Below, piece by piece: positions 44,158-58,681 of a stretch of 64,000 nt of DNA. Below the pieces are notes generated by a model. The model was not told the origin of the DNA, ran no database searches, and saw only the letters and a program-made list of their open reading frames with translations. A program made the translations under genes and the position numbers. Source of the stretch: Antedon mediterranea (Eukaryota > Animalia > Echinodermata). Within the stretch, counting starts at the first letter, position 1. The number at the start of each line of letters is the position of its first letter. The stretch spans positions 18,369,365 to 18,433,364 of the forward strand of contig NC_092678.1 of the NCBI RefSeq assembly GCF_964355755.1. The letters are read 5' to 3'.

Positions 44158-46227
44158 ACTATGGCGGCTGCTGATGATAAACTGAATGAGGATGACTCGT
44201 TGGTAGGGCCTAACATATTATGACGTGGATAACCGGTACCAGTGAAGCTATATCCACCACAGCACGGGCATATCGAGTTCCAAGATTGGACTATGACAGA
44301 ATAAGTGGTGTTTTCTACAAGGAAATTATTATTGTGATGTAGAGTTCTAACTTATTCTGGGTGTCTCTGTGATCTCACTTTTACATCATCTTCATTTTGT
44401 ACTGCTGGATTGTAATCAAGTTGATATTCTAGATATGATATTATTACTATATTATGTGCTGATCTGGTAGGCGCTGCTGGCTGCCGTGGGTCCGTGGAGG
44501 GCCTAATCCGAATTTCCTCAGTTTCCAGTTAAGCTTGAGGACAAATATAAATACCTTTACATTTATGATTTAGATTTTGTTTGATTCACAAAAAAATTGA
44601 AACCAAACAGATATATGTATACGAAATGCTGTAATAGAAGAAACAATAAAAAGAGAAACGAAGACATAAGGAATTGTCTGGCGGTTTTACTTTATCGTTT
44701 TAATTTAGCTTTCGCTTTTTGTGTATCTCCATTGAGATACAGACACTGATACACGCAGTATTGTCATTTTTTCAGTAATTTGGATCAATTTAAATAAAGG
44801 CTTATGTGTTATCTGATGTGATGAATATTATATTGATTATAATAATAAATAGAAAGTGGCAATGTTAGGAACTATTTTGATTAAAACATTAAAGAAAGAC
44901 ATAGGCCCACGTATGGATCATAAATAGTATGTGTCTAAATGAATGTTGTGTATGTAGCTTAATCATGCATTATACTGTAATACTAAAGAGAGTTGCAATG
45001 CCGAAAACACTTTTGATTAAAACATGATAATAAAGATATTGCATATCTGAAGGAAAGAAATGAAAATCAGACCACCCACTCTACAAACAATGGACTCTAC
45101 CAAGTTGGTAGGGTGGGGATGGTTAACCACGATGACGTCACGAAACTATTTGGGTTGGGTAGGTGGTCGCCAAAAAATGTGTAAATTAAAAACCATGATT
45201 AAAATAACAACAAGCACAGGTTGACAACGGTAGTACTGTAGTCGGTAAATCAGAACACATTTACCTGTTTATTACCTGAAAATTTAAATAAATAGTGGTT
45301 TTCTTTCAATTGGGTTTTGGTAAAATCTGTCTACACCCAAATTAGAATGTGCCATATAGTATTTTGAGTAATTTTGTTGTTTAAAATGTAACTTGCTCGT
45401 TTGAAATTATGAATAATTACCGATTTTACCTTTTGGTAAATAGCGCCCCAAACGGTTTGTTTTGATTCGACACCCATTTCAGTTTCAATCTTCTATTCAC
45501 TATTTTGGATTGATTTTGTCTACCTTTCCAATTATGATGCATCTAATGCAATTTAATTACTTTGAAAATCCACTTTCTCCTATTAATTTTATACATTTAA
45601 GAGATTCAGTAGTGATATAAACATAGGAAATGTACATTATGAAACGAAGATTTATGTAGTTTAACTATATATTATTTGTAAAAACAAAGTGCAGTAGTTT
45701 GCAGTATAATTATAAAATGTTTTTAGTTACCCTAAATTGTTTTACTTATGGTATTATCTGGGAAAATTCGTATTATTAATTTGCTTTCAATGATTAAAAT
45801 GAAATTTTGGAAGATAAGCTAAACAGACAAAAGACAAGATGTTTAAAATAGAGGCTACACAATTTCCAATCTATTTCTATTGCTCAACTAGAGAAAAGAA
45901 CCCTAAAATTAATGGAATAGTCCAAATGTTAAAAATGAAATGCACAAAAAAAATATTCTAGTACCTTATACACCAAGATACAACAATATTATATTAACTA
46001 GATTAAATTCGTCACTTTGACGAATTATTTAATTAAATCGTCACACACAACATCCTATTTATAATAGTGTTGTTTCTAATTTTATTTCTTTTGAATTAAA
46101 CGGAAGTTATTTTACGAAGTTACGAAGTCTTGAATGCAGTATAAAAATGCTGTATATGGAAGCTGTAAGAAACCTATTCAAAATTATTACAGTAACGGTA
46201 TATTTAGTTTACTTTACTATTTAAGCT

Positions 46228-46630
46228 TCAACCTGTTTACGCTTTAACCTGTTTACTATTAACCTGTTTACTTTTTAACCCGTTTACTTTTTAACTTGTT
46301 TATGCTATAACCTGTTTATGCTTTAACTTGTTTACTCTTTAACATATTTACTATTTAATCTGTTTACTCTTTTATTTGTTTACGCTTTAACCTGTACATG
46401 CCTTAACATGTTTACTATTTTACCTCTTTACTATGTTACCTGTTTATTCTTTAACATGTTTACACTTTAGTTTTAGTCTTTAACCGGTTTACTCATTAAC
46501 CTGTTTACGCTTTAACCTGTTTAATCATTAACCTGTTTACTCTTTATCCTGTTTACTCTTTAACCTGTTTACGTTTTAACCTGTTTAATCATTATTATAA
46601 CCTGTTTGCTCTTTAACCTGTTTACTCTTA
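46228..46630. repeat. 15-16-bp minisatellite (TTAACCTGTTTACTCT)n
   Basis: About 25 degenerate units. Confidence 0.9.
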
Positions 46631-48089
46631 ATTAGCTTGTTTTGAGTAATCATACACACTGAATTTTAATGAATGCCTCATACACTTCTACAGAAATAAA
46701 ATATTATATTATTGCGGTGAAAAACTGAAGTTACTTCAGTAACTCCAGTATAATCTGATATGATCCCTATACTAAATTTGTTGAATTTTAACATGTTTTA
46801 CTAATGCCGTGTTTTGACATTCATGATTATATATGTATGGTATTAATTTATTTGAATTATATTGCAGTAATGTTATGCGGAAAATAAACTGAGTTGCCAG
46901 TAGTCGTAAGCGATATAGTTTATCTAATAAAATATATTCATGTTTTATGAGAGAGAAATGATATCTTGAAATCTGACAAAGTTAATGTTGATTCATACTA
47001 GTTTTTTTGCAAGAATTTAGTGCGCCTTACTAATAATTTAGGTCGAAGCTAGGAAAAATCACAGAGGATGCGTATTGTATCATCTTATAATATAAGATGG
47101 TATAATGCGCAAAAAAAATTGATTATAATATTATCGTAATTAATTTTTATATTATATGCGATAATTAATTTATAATGCACAGTCATATTACATTTATTTA
47201 TTTTATTTATTAAATGCATATTCTAGAAAGGACACCATTATAATTAATTGTTTCCTTTTTCCTATAACTTGATTAGTGAATATGACCACACGACAAATTC
47301 AGAAAGCTTTTGTCAATGTGGTTTGGAACAAAAGTCGTCTGAAGACCCGAATGGTTGTCGAGCCTTTGACATTGGACTTATAAACGATGGAACAATCGTC
47401 CTAATCTATTTTCACCTTCTACCAACGTTTTTAAATCCCATTTAAAACCTCATCTTTTTAATTCATTGTAATTTATTCAATTTCGTTTCAATCGCTTTGA
47501 ACAATATGCTGATTCTTAAACGGGCTATATAAATTCGACAATATAATAATACATTCAGTATAGTAATGTGGAATATAATTATTGTATGCTGGAGCAATAT
47601 TGGTATGTCTATACAGTAGTTGCATTTTCATGAACGGAAATGTGTTTGCTACCGCCAACGGTGAACAAAATAAGGAACTTCATCCACCAGTTGGCCTTAG
47701 TATCATTCAATCACCCCAGGGAAAGATCGCCTTGTACGGTGTTCAGTATTCAGGTCCAAGCTTCCACAATTTTCATTAATCATTTTTAGAGTGTAGCACA
47801 AAGACTAAACTAAATCAATAAATCAACTCTCCAAAACAAAACAAAAAAATTAAATAAAAACATTTTTTAACCGACTGAAAGAGACGAATTGAAAACTAAG
47901 TTATTCCCAAAGTTTGTTAGAAGTGTAGACCAGTTGACACACTTCGTCAAACTCTCTACATTAGAAAACTTTAATGGACTACAAACAAGTGGACTTGTTA
48001 CAAACTCGGTAAGGTTTGCTAATGTAGGAATCTGTAGATGTTGGTATTTTTTTCAAAAAAGGAAATCAAGTTGAAAATGTCTCGACTTT

Positions 48090-48578
48090 GTGCTCTACAA
48101 CCGTCTTCAATATGTTGGTTGTGCTGCAACCGTCTTAGATGTTTTTATGATGCAACCTTCTTAGATGTTGTTGTGCTGCAACCGTCTTAGATGTTGCTTT
48201 GCTTCACCCGTCTTCAAGATTTTGGTTGTGCTGAAGCCGTCTTAGATGTTGTTTAGCTACAACCGTCTTCAAGATTTTGGTTGTGCTTCAACCGTCTTAG
48301 ATGTTGTTGCTGCAACCGTCTTAGATGTTGTTGTGCTTCAACCGTCTTAGATGTTGATGTTGTGCAGCAACCTTATGTTGTTGCCTCAACCGCCTTAGAT
48401 GTTTTGCCTCAACCGCCTTAGATGTTGTGTAGCGGCCGTCTTAGATTTTGTTTAGCTGCAACCGTCTTGATGTTGTCGTGCTTCAATCTTCTAAGATGTT
48501 GTCGTGCTGCGTACAACCTTCTTAGATGTTGCTGAGCTGCAACCGTCTTAGATGTTGTTTTTCTGCAACCGTCTTCAG
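48090..48578. repeat. Degenerate 25-30-bp minisatellite (GCAACCGTCTTAGATGTTGTTGTGCT)n
   Basis: About 18 visible units. Confidence 0.9.
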
Positions 48579-50991
48579 GAATAAGTGACTACTTTACTAG
48601 TTAGAAAAAAATATTATAAAGAAACCTGAGAATAGCTTTTTAAATTTCTAAATTGACTTTTTAAAATCCTTTATTGCAATTTATGTAAAGCTCTGTCTAC
48701 AGTATCAAACTAGTTTAACTATAAAAAAAAGTTCGATTTTCCCAAATATGGTAGTGATATGCTTAATGATGGTAGTGATATAACGACACCGTGTCCATAT
48801 ATGGGAATCACATTTTGGTTCACATAAAGATTGACAGAGCTTTAGATATCGCCAGTTATTGTGAGGAAAAGATTATTTATTTCTGTGAACGCGTCTTTGG
48901 CGCTCAACAATGTCGTGGAAATCATGGATTAAGTTGATGACACTTCTTTGTAATCCCATTCAATGTCAGAACGTCAACATTAATCTTGTATGGTTGAAAG
49001 TTAATAATAGTGTTGCTAATCACAAGCTTAAAGATTATCCTTTTTTATCCCCGTTGATAAAGATCTGTTTACACTATCAAACTAAAACTGTGTGACAAAT
49101 ATAGCAGATAGAAGTGACCTGACATCATCGTGTCCATATTTGGGTACATTTTTTGTCACATAAAGTTTGATTGGTATAATAGGTATAATTCAAAAGTACA
49201 CACACGTCGAACATTTGGCATCGGGTTTAATTCAGTGACTATTCTTAAGAAACTTTAAGCTATCCTAAAACAATTGTTTAAAAAGTAATGCTATAATGAC
49301 TTAACTATGTCTATTTAAAGAATAGTGCCATTTATATACGTTCTACACGTCACCTGACATTAGGCCGATTTCCTCCCAATGTTAATATAAAACAAGATAA
49401 CAAATGGACTCGGACTAGGCCTACTTGTTATACGTTTGGCCACTCTTCGTTTAACAGAACTAAACTTAGACCATCAACAAAACTTTTGTCTTCTGAAAAA
49501 TTACTATGTGTGTGTTTTATTTATTTCTTTATTCTGACATAAAACCATAGGATAAAAGCACAATAAAGTACCAAGACGGCAAACTTATTTCCATTGGTTC
49601 CCTTCAACTTTGGGTAGGCCAAAGTGTATGCCGCATATTATATATTTTTTTTCTCTTTCTCTGAAAAAATCTGTCTCTAACTCACAATGCTCAATATTCA
49701 ATTTACTCAAACTTTATAAAAATGTTTATTCCAGTTCTTCAATGAAAAAAAAAGACTCTTGTGTGTATGTGTTTTGATTATTAATGCTATTGCATAATGC
49801 CCTTGCAAGTTATGTGATGGTAGGCATCTTGCCATGGTTAAACTAAATGCTTATTAGGCCTAGGCCTATAGGTGACTGAGACCTGTTAGGCCTATGTGAC
49901 GGGACAAATTACGTCATGTTTTACAGTTTGTATTTACTGTATATGGATCAGGGATTACCATTAATAGATAAATAGAAAGTAAGGATGTGAGAAAAATTTG
50001 TAAGGCCTACAAATAAAATATTTGTAGAATGCACCATTAGGCCTACAGCATTATAATACATTAACGCTATGTGGAGCAACATTTATCAACTCCATCATTA
50101 AAACACAGCATTTAGAATGTTTTATAAATCTAATTTTAAGCATGTGTTTTGTCATTCCAATTTTCAGTTGTGTTCCAAAAAGATACACATTTATATAAGG
50201 TGAGCTTCAATATTTAACATTATATTAATATTTGTATGATATAAAAAAAAACCATATATTTATAATATATAAGTACATATTATATATATAAACATCATAT
50301 ATTTGCATAATAGAAAAATATATATTTGTATAATATAGAAATACCCGCACTCTAGATCGATATTGAATATTCCATACTTAATTAAAGTTCGACCAATAAC
50401 AAGGCTTAAAGCTATGTTGTATGACCTCCAATTTTTTAGACGTGTAAATTATCATTTTGGCTTATTATTGCAGTGTTTTAAACGAATGGTATACTATGGA
50501 CATATATTTGTAGTTAATATTTATTAAAGAAACCGATATTGGATATATATAGAGAAATAGTAATATTTCAGCTGCGGCATATTATAATTGCTGATCGTCG
50601 TACAATTCTCTGTACATAATTAAGACCGATCTTAGCACACACAGATCATAGACTGAAAACCAAGCGATCATGGCGTCAAAACGACCAACATTTCGCAGTA
50701 TTAGCGAGGTCGTATATTTAGTTTGCAGAGGAAAATAAGGTTGGAATTTTTACCGTAAGACTGCAACAGACATCCTCTTTATCATGGATGTCTGAAACTG
50801 TGAATTTATTTTTGTTTAAGCCCGTTTGTTTATAATAAAGGTTGTCGATCGTGGAAACAAGTATCTGAGCTTGGCACCGCGATAGCGATCAAACAGCTGG
50901 AGGAAGATAAGCACCGTACCCTCGATCGAACCGCTACATTTTAGGCCTGGATTTTACTTTCGTTTTTAGCAAATAAGGAATATAGATAATC

Positions 50992-52088
50992 ATGGCGGCG
51001 GCATGGCTGCCGTTTGCGAGGGCTGCGGCAATAGGGTGGGTGCCGATTGCAAACACCCCAATGCCAGATATCGCCAGAAGAACATCAGAAGGAAATATGA
51101 ACTCTCGTGTCATTATAAACATTAGTGGACGAATGTTTGAAACGTGGAGATACAGTCTTGAAAAGTACCCGGACACATTACTTGGGAGTAACGAAAAAGA
51201 ATTCTTTTACGACGAAGAAAAGGATGAATATTTCTTTGATCGTGATCCAGAGTTTTTTCGTCACATACTAACATTTTACCGTACTGGACACATGCATTTT
51301 CCCCGTTCTGAATGTATTAGCGCGTTTGATGAAGAGCTATCATTTTTTGGAATACTCCCTGAAATTATTGGTGATTGTTGTTACGAAGATTATCGGGATA
51401 GAAAAAGAGATAATAGCGATCGTGTAGCGGACGAGAAATCATCGGAAGTTGAAGATACAGTTTTGCCATCTACATTCAGGGGGAAAGTTTTTAGAGCGTT
51501 TGAAAATCCTCAATCTAGTACGATGGCACTTGTCATTTATTACGTGACTGGATTTTTCATTGCCGTCTCTGTGATAGCAAACGTTACTGAAACGGTTCAT
51601 TGCGATCCATTTCCGGGAAAAACATCTGCTGTGCCTTGTGGAGAAAGATACGAAAAAGGATTTTTTATTCTTGATACAGCATGCGTAATGATATTTACAA
51701 TGGAATATTTAGCCCGATTATGGGCCGCAGAAGATCGGTGCAAATTTATGCGGAGTGTTATGTCCGTTATAGACGTAGTCGCAATTCTTCCTTACTACGT
51801 TGGACTTTTCGTTACCGGTGATGAACTGACTGGTATGTTCGTTACACTTAGAGTTTTCCGAGTATTTAGAATTTTTAAATTTTCCCGGCATTCACAAGGC
51901 CTACGAATCTTGGGATACACGCTGAAAAGTTGTGCGAGTGAACTAGGATTTTTACTCTTTTCGTTGACTATGGCGATTATCATCTTTGCGACAATAATGT
52001 ACTACGCGGAAAAAAGTGATACCAATACCGTGTTTATAAGTATCCCAGCAGCATTTTGGTATACTATAGTGACCATGACAACCCTTGG
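50992..52088 (+). CDS. KCND: Voltage-gated K+ channel Shal/Kv4, first coding exon (N-terminus, T1, S1-S5, pore helix); later exons not found in the window
   Basis: [20 protein letters not shown] Kv4 N-terminus with an in-frame TAG just upstream; T1 zinc site HX5CX20CC; S4 [14 protein letters not shown]; ends TMTTLG at GG|gtaagt, the phase-2 intron inside GYG known from KCND genes. Candidate acceptor tttgtttaag| at 50820. Confidence 0.97.
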
Positions 52089-54920
52089 GTAAGTTAACAT
52101 GTTAAACGTTCAAAATCAAAATGTTACATGTCGTTTTTATTTATTACAATCATTTATATGTTCTCGTATTCTTCATTGTTGGTTTTCATCTCTTTGTGTT
52201 CCATAGCAGTTTAGTATAAAATATAGATTTTTCCTTTCGTAAAGCTCATTAAAAATTAATGTGCATTATTGTGAACGGAGCGTTCATAAGTTGGTATAGT
52301 CCATTTCTTTATATAGGTATATACTGTACTTATACAAATTTAACAGGTATGTGCAGTATAATATGCACTCGAAATTAATTTGTTTGGTTGTGCTCTGTGC
52401 ATATGGCGAAGTTTGCAGTCTCGAATGACCATTAAATGTTGAAAGCAAAATAGACATGACATTACCGGTATTACTGTCTCAGGGCAGTTAGAGGATGTAT
52501 GTAACATTGATCACTGTCAGTAAAATAAAGAACAAGCCATTTGGTTTTCTGAAAATGGGTTTCTGTTAGAGCAATTTGTTCTACTGTGTGAAAAAATTAT
52601 TGTGTTAAAAATTTACTCCTAGAACAAGTAAAGAAACACAAATTTCAATTGACATACACGGTACATTGTACAAGTCGTTTTATGTTGGTTCAACAGGGTT
52701 TGCCTGTAGGTTTTTTGGGAGTTTTGCAGAGTTTATCACATTTTTAACCAAAATAGGAGTGTCACAACACAAATTTCAGTCATATGCTACTGTACATGCT
52801 TTAATAACTTTTATTTCGATTTGATAGAGGTTTGTTATATTTTATTGGGAGGGTAGCAGGGTACATTGATAATTTTTAACCAAAACATTATATTTTACCA
52901 GAAAATACGTAGAAAGCATTCTAACATACGGTAATAATATTTATTGACATACAGTAAGAAAACTATATATACCTGTACCTACAATACATCAGTGGCTCTC
53001 AATACTATATTTAGATTTTGATAGCAAACAAAATAATTTGACATTTCTCAAGAGTTGCTATCTGATAACTCAAGTATAATTATTTATTGTCAGTAAGTTT
53101 ATCTAATTGATTTAAAGGTTTACATATGTACATTGATTCTATTTAAATCTTGTCTGATATATAAAATCCCATTTAAAAACATTGGTCGCCCCTTTTGTTT
53201 TCTTCCATTGTTCTTTAAAAGCTACTTTACTATTTCAGGGATATGTACTGTATGGCTCAATCTTTTGTTAAACTTGATTATTTATGTATTTAAACCACAC
53301 AATACTGTACATATACTTTACTTGACTATTCCACTGGTAATTGTCAATGTTATCCGAAAAGAGCTGGTTTTTAGTGAAAAGAAATATTGTATTTTTTGTG
53401 TAAAATGACATTTGACATGTATTGTACTGTAGAGGTGCCTGGAAAGTCCTTAAAGTTTAAACATGAAATGTGTCCTGGTTACTGACATTTACCTGATGGT
53501 AGCACATAATATACCTTTTATCCAACAAAACTTTACAACAGTGTAGAGTAGGCCTACTGTACCGTACATGCTGAAAATATCTCTCAACTACAGTTTTTTG
53601 TATTGTGTAGTCATTTTTGACTAATTTTAATCTTCCTTAAGGGCCTCTTCATGTTGAGTTCTGTCAACAATGGCATTAATTCTGAGATGGCCCAATATAC
53701 ACTGGGGTAACCTCATACTTAACCGAACAAATTATTAAGTTTTAACTGAATATAAGACACATGATAAGCCAGTTTCATTTGTACGCCGGACCTCCATTAG
53801 TTGTAAGCCCTGCCAAGTACACTTTTTGTACTGTACCACCAGGACTATTTTCGGGGAGGGCTTTGAATCTGGCTGTACTGTATGCTGATTCGTTAGCTAC
53901 ATGGCTTTGTCACTCCAGCCTTGGTGTTCAGTCACTCAACTCAACTATTTCTCAAATATACTGGTGTTATGTTTGGAAACATACAGTGCTGATTGTTAAA
54001 TGCTTTAAAAAATTATCCTTGTTAATTTCTAAATTATAATCTTAAAATTTTGTGAACTAATGTTCTAAGATATTTTTAATGAGTTTCTGGCGTCATTATA
54101 AGACCACATTAACAGCATGCTTTGGCAAGTGTGTACAGTGGATGGTTAATGTCATACAGACGTATTCCATCCTTGATATTAATTACTTTGGAGAACATCT
54201 ACAGCTTGCTAAAATGCTAATGTTGTTATGCGTTTAATGTTTATGTCATGACAACACATCATACTGTAGGGAAACATGAACACTTTGAATTTTATTATTC
54301 ATAAATGGTTTTCTAATAAAAATACACGGTGTTCTATAATTTGATACAGTGATTCTGAATGTTATGCTTTTTTTTAAATACACAATACAGTACATAATTA
54401 TTTGATACACAGTATGATTTACATGAGATGAGGTGTACAGTACTGTACCTTAGTAATAAAATCTGTAGTACTGTCGTAGTCCCCATTTAGACTTTTTTTT
54501 GACTAGGGTAAGTTGGTTCCCATCAAAGTTTGTGATACATTTATCAATTAAAAACCAACTTTAGGTATTTGGTGATACTTTAACTAATAATCTATGGATG
54601 TACCGTAATTGTGCCCAATTGAAGTGGTGATTGGAGGCAACCTACTGTACCCTCAAGCATTTTTACCTATCCAAATTTCATCCAAGCTGAGGGGATACAT
54701 TTAAGAACTATTTATTTTCCCCACCCTTTCTTAATTTGTTGACAATATTGCTTTTTCTTTTTCTAGTACTGTACATTAAGCAAAAACCTCTAACCAACCA
54801 TACTGAAGATTATAAGTGATTAATGGTATTTTAGGGTCACCTTATAGTTTTAATGTAGGCCCCTCTATCATACTGATACTGGTTTTCAGACTTATCATAA
54901 CCTGGAATAGACTACAGTAA

Positions 54921-55202
54921 AGCCTGGTTTCCATAAAATCGCTACACCGTGTTGCCGACTGCTGTCGCCGACACAGCGTAGCGATTCTATGGAAACGTTA
55001 GAATTTATCAAGGATCTAGTACGCGAGCGCTAATTATTCTTTTTTACACGCGTATACGACAAAATCGGCAAAGTTGAACATGGTTGAACTTTGCCGATTT
55101 TTCTGCGATGAATCGGGGAGACCTCCCTGATGCGCGTCGGCGACATCTGCGCGTGTAGCGATTTCAATGGAAACGGTGTAGCAATTTTATTGAAACCAGG
55201 CT
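54921..55202. mobile_element. Harbinger-like MITE
   Basis: TAA|AGCCTGGTTTCCATAAAATCGCTACACCG...CGGTGTAGCAATTTTATTGAAACCAGGCT|TTA. Confidence 0.82.
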
Positions 55203-55559
55203 TTACATGCACAGTACTACTCGAGGCTCACAGTTCAGTATGCCATATGTAGATAATGATTTGGTCAATGTATTCTGAACAATTTTGTTACTGTAGTGAA
55301 CCACATAAGCAATACATTGTAATATACAGTGTACACTATAATAACAAGCTTCAGGATATACAGTACTGTACATTGCTATATACACACAGTATAAGCTATG
55401 CACACTTGAATTTAACGATACTTTAATATGTTAATTGCATTGATGACATATGTGTGTGCTGTAAGATAGCTCTTCACAAGTGTCTGTAATCAGTGGCTTT
55501 ACAACCCACATCATTAGAATGTTTTAGAGACTCCTTGAAAGCATTTAAAGCATTGTGTC

Positions 55560-55970
55560 AAGTACTGGTTTGCATGTTCAATCTCTTGCAGTACTTTATT
55601 GTTAATAAGTTTATGGTCAAATTAGAGAAGAGTGCTGTCAAACGTGAAATGATGATATTAATAATCTTTATTTTGAAAGCTTGTTAATGTTAGTGTTGAG
55701 TCTAAAGCACTGTTTCGCATGTTCAATCTCTTGCAGTATTTATTGTTAATAGGTTTATGATCAAATTAGAGAGAAATACTGTACTGTCAAACGTGAAATG
55801 ATGTTATTAATAAAATCTTAATTTGGAAGCTTGTACAGTAGTATTGAGTCAGTACTGTTTGCATGTTCGATCATGTTCAATTGTAGTAATAGGTTTTTAG
55901 AGAGAAGTACAGTACTGTCAAATTTGTGAAATGATGATGATTATCAATTTGTTATTTTGAAATGGAAGTT
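55560..55970. repeat. About 145-bp degenerate tandem triplication
   Basis: GCATGTTCAATCTCTTGCAGTA...CTGTCAAACGTGAAATGATG repeated from about 55572, 55717 and 55861. Confidence 0.8.
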
Positions 55971-58369
55971 TGTTCTCAAACTGCATGTTCTTCCACGAGG
56001 CCGTGAAAGAAATAAGATCCTTATTATTTAAATATTAGAAGTTTCCTAAAAAAAGGTGTTCTACCCATATTTATCTAAGACTAGGAAGGCGGAGTGCAAA
56101 TGGTTTACATTGCCTCAACCTCTAGAAAAATATGCTTATATAGTACAAATAACAAATTGTACTATGTACAATTCATGTATTTGAAAGAACATGGTAATGT
56201 GTTATTCAAACAATATTAAAGCTATTCAATGATTATTGTTTACTACCAACAAATGTACAGTATGATGTCAAGGTTGGAATTGCGAGGTCACTAAATTATA
56301 TTTCTCAATTCAAGGTAAAAAAAGCTAATTATGTTTGAGTTTATGTACTGTAAAAAGTACTGTCAAAATATATGTTCATTTATTACTGGTAATACTGTAA
56401 TTTCACCGCCAATTATTGAGAATTCAAGTTTACAATTGTGCAGCTGTGTACAGTAATACTGTAAATGCATGGTTGTGAGTTCAAAGTTCAAAGACATGGG
56501 CTTATATCCGAGGACCGAAAAAATATTGAGTAATAACATAGAATTACAGCATTTGCATATTTACTTTATTCTGAAGGCGAGTCAGGTACAGTTAGTCATT
56601 GTACTTATGGAGACTAATTTTTGCCTCACTTACCCGGATAAACCGATAACAGCCTTTTCTCCTCAAAACAACCCTTTCCATAAATGGTACAGTTTGCAAA
56701 ACACGCTCTCAAGTGAGAGAGTCTCTTCAACTTACATTGTCTCGAATTGCTTTACTATAATTGATCAATTATAATATAATAATAGCAAACGATTTTATAC
56801 TGTATTATAGTTTAGGAAAACCATAGCATTCCAAATGTATTCATATATGCTGAAGAACATCCTCTCCATAATTTAAAAAGTGGATTTTGTAAGAGTTGAT
56901 ATGTTCTGGTACGGTTGGATGAAAATGTAAGGGCTATTGTCAACTGGCACTTTTATGTGTATACTCTAGGCTTTCACTAGTAGCTACTGTGTCAATAGAA
57001 GCTGTTTGCAGGGCCTACATTACCTGTTGTCTGTGTACAATAGACTTCATTCAATGTTAGTTTTAAGACGCACCTTAACTTTCTACCATGCCTATATAGG
57101 CATACTGATAGACAGAGCATCACACTCGTACCTCCATGATGAGACTAGAGGAAACACATTATTTGCAGACCTTTTTTACCCATATTTAAAATCTACCGTA
57201 CGGTTAACCTCATGTACCTTTATTTATTTCTGACCTGAATTTAGTAATTACATAGGCATCAACAAAATATGAATATAATACTGTGATATTTTCAAAATAG
57301 ATATGGATGTTTTTTTTTAGCCATACAGAAGAGTAGAAATGATAATATTACAGTAGAGATAGTTAGATTTGATATTTGTGGACTATACCATTTGTGGAGT
57401 AGGGTGTTTTTGTTGGTTTACCACACTGTATACAATTATAAGTTTGTGTCAAAGTAACCATCCATTTGATCTTCTTAATTTTGTCCTAAATACAAATACA
57501 AGTTATTTTATCTGATTCTTATTAATTCTGAAACAGTCGTCTGCTTTTACTAGGAACGCTTCAATTATACATTAATAATACATTTGGGAATTAATCCTCA
57601 ACGATGAACGATTGAAGAAAAATTGATAAATGTCTTAAACAATTCATTAACTGACCAACAGGCGTTCTGAAAGTAGTAGTCATCGCAAATATGTGTTGAA
57701 AGTTTAATAATCATTCGGAAATTACTTGCTCCCGGTTTTCTCGTAAATATGACTTGTATATAGGACGACAAAAGTTATGTTAATTTGTTGTTCAATACCT
57801 GTACCATATTGTTTATTAGAAGTTGCTGTTTTCTTTTGGTAAATAACACAGTGAAAAGGCTTAAAATCTAAATAAAGAGCCTCCATAAAAACTATCCATC
57901 TCTTGTTTATGTGTCAGTAAAGTTTAGTAATTCCGAACATGTTTTAAATGGTAAAAATGGTAAATTTGTACATGTATCAAGAAAAGTCTGGTTTGTAGCG
58001 AGTTCCCGGTTTTTAGAAAAGCCTGTGTTGGGAGAATTTACAGTATTTTTAAATAGAATATGTTAAAGTGTCAATTCAATCCATTTTTTTTAATTCAAAG
58101 CCATTGTTAAGCAAATCTTTTGTGAATAATAATTGTGGGAAAACTTTCAGTGTTCCGGAACAGTTTTAAGCTGTGACGTTTAATCCTTCTGAAGATATAA
58201 TCAACATTTGTGTTTTTTATACTGATCTTGGCTAGACTGTTACTATATTTAAAAATGTGTGACGTTTTTATCAGATATTATAGGTTAAATAACACTTAAC
58301 ATAATTTTCATGACTTTTGCTTTCACGCATTAAATTTGTAACAAAAATGTTATCTACTATTCTGTTAAA

Positions 58370-58681
58370 GAAGAGATTTATACATTATCGGGCGAAAACA
58401 TTAAAAACACCTAAAAACCACAGGCCATGAACTTGATAAATCCAACGTCAAGGTTTTATGTCGAGAGGACAAATTAATTCCCAGGAAAATAGGGGAGGCT
58501 ATTTATATTAAGAGAAAATCCAGTCCAACCTTAAACAGAGACAGGGGCCGAGAACTTTCAAATGTTTCTATCAGTCGTCAGTCAGCCAACACCCGCTGAG
58601 GACGGATAATGGTTTCTCCGAAAGTATTACGGAAATTATTTTAGTGTGAGTGTCGTAGAACAGTATTAAACCTTAATTTAA
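58370..58681 (+). mobile_element. 5'-truncated Penelope-like retroelement (GIY-YIG C-terminus and 3' end)
   Basis: KHLKTTGHELDKSNVKVLCREDKLIPRKIGEAIYIKRKSSPTLNRDRGRELSNV; 12-bp flanking repeat TATTCTGTTAAA (58358-58369 and 58682-58693). Confidence 0.85.
58593..58632 (+). ncRNA. Minimal hammerhead ribozyme-like motif of the Penelope element
   Basis: CCG-CTGAGGA-C-GGA...TCC-GAAA-GTAT-TA-CGG; short stems, possibly decayed. Confidence 0.55.

Noticed and set aside
43788-44216. Minus-strand 142-aa ORF, and the 51795-51983 minus ORF
   Set aside because: Antisense shadows of the FLYWCH and KCND frames.
47330-47375. Further hammerhead-like motifs here and near 22755-22790 (minus) and 28875-28910
   Set aside because: Core nucleotides (GAAA or CUGANGA) are mutated; at most decayed remnants.
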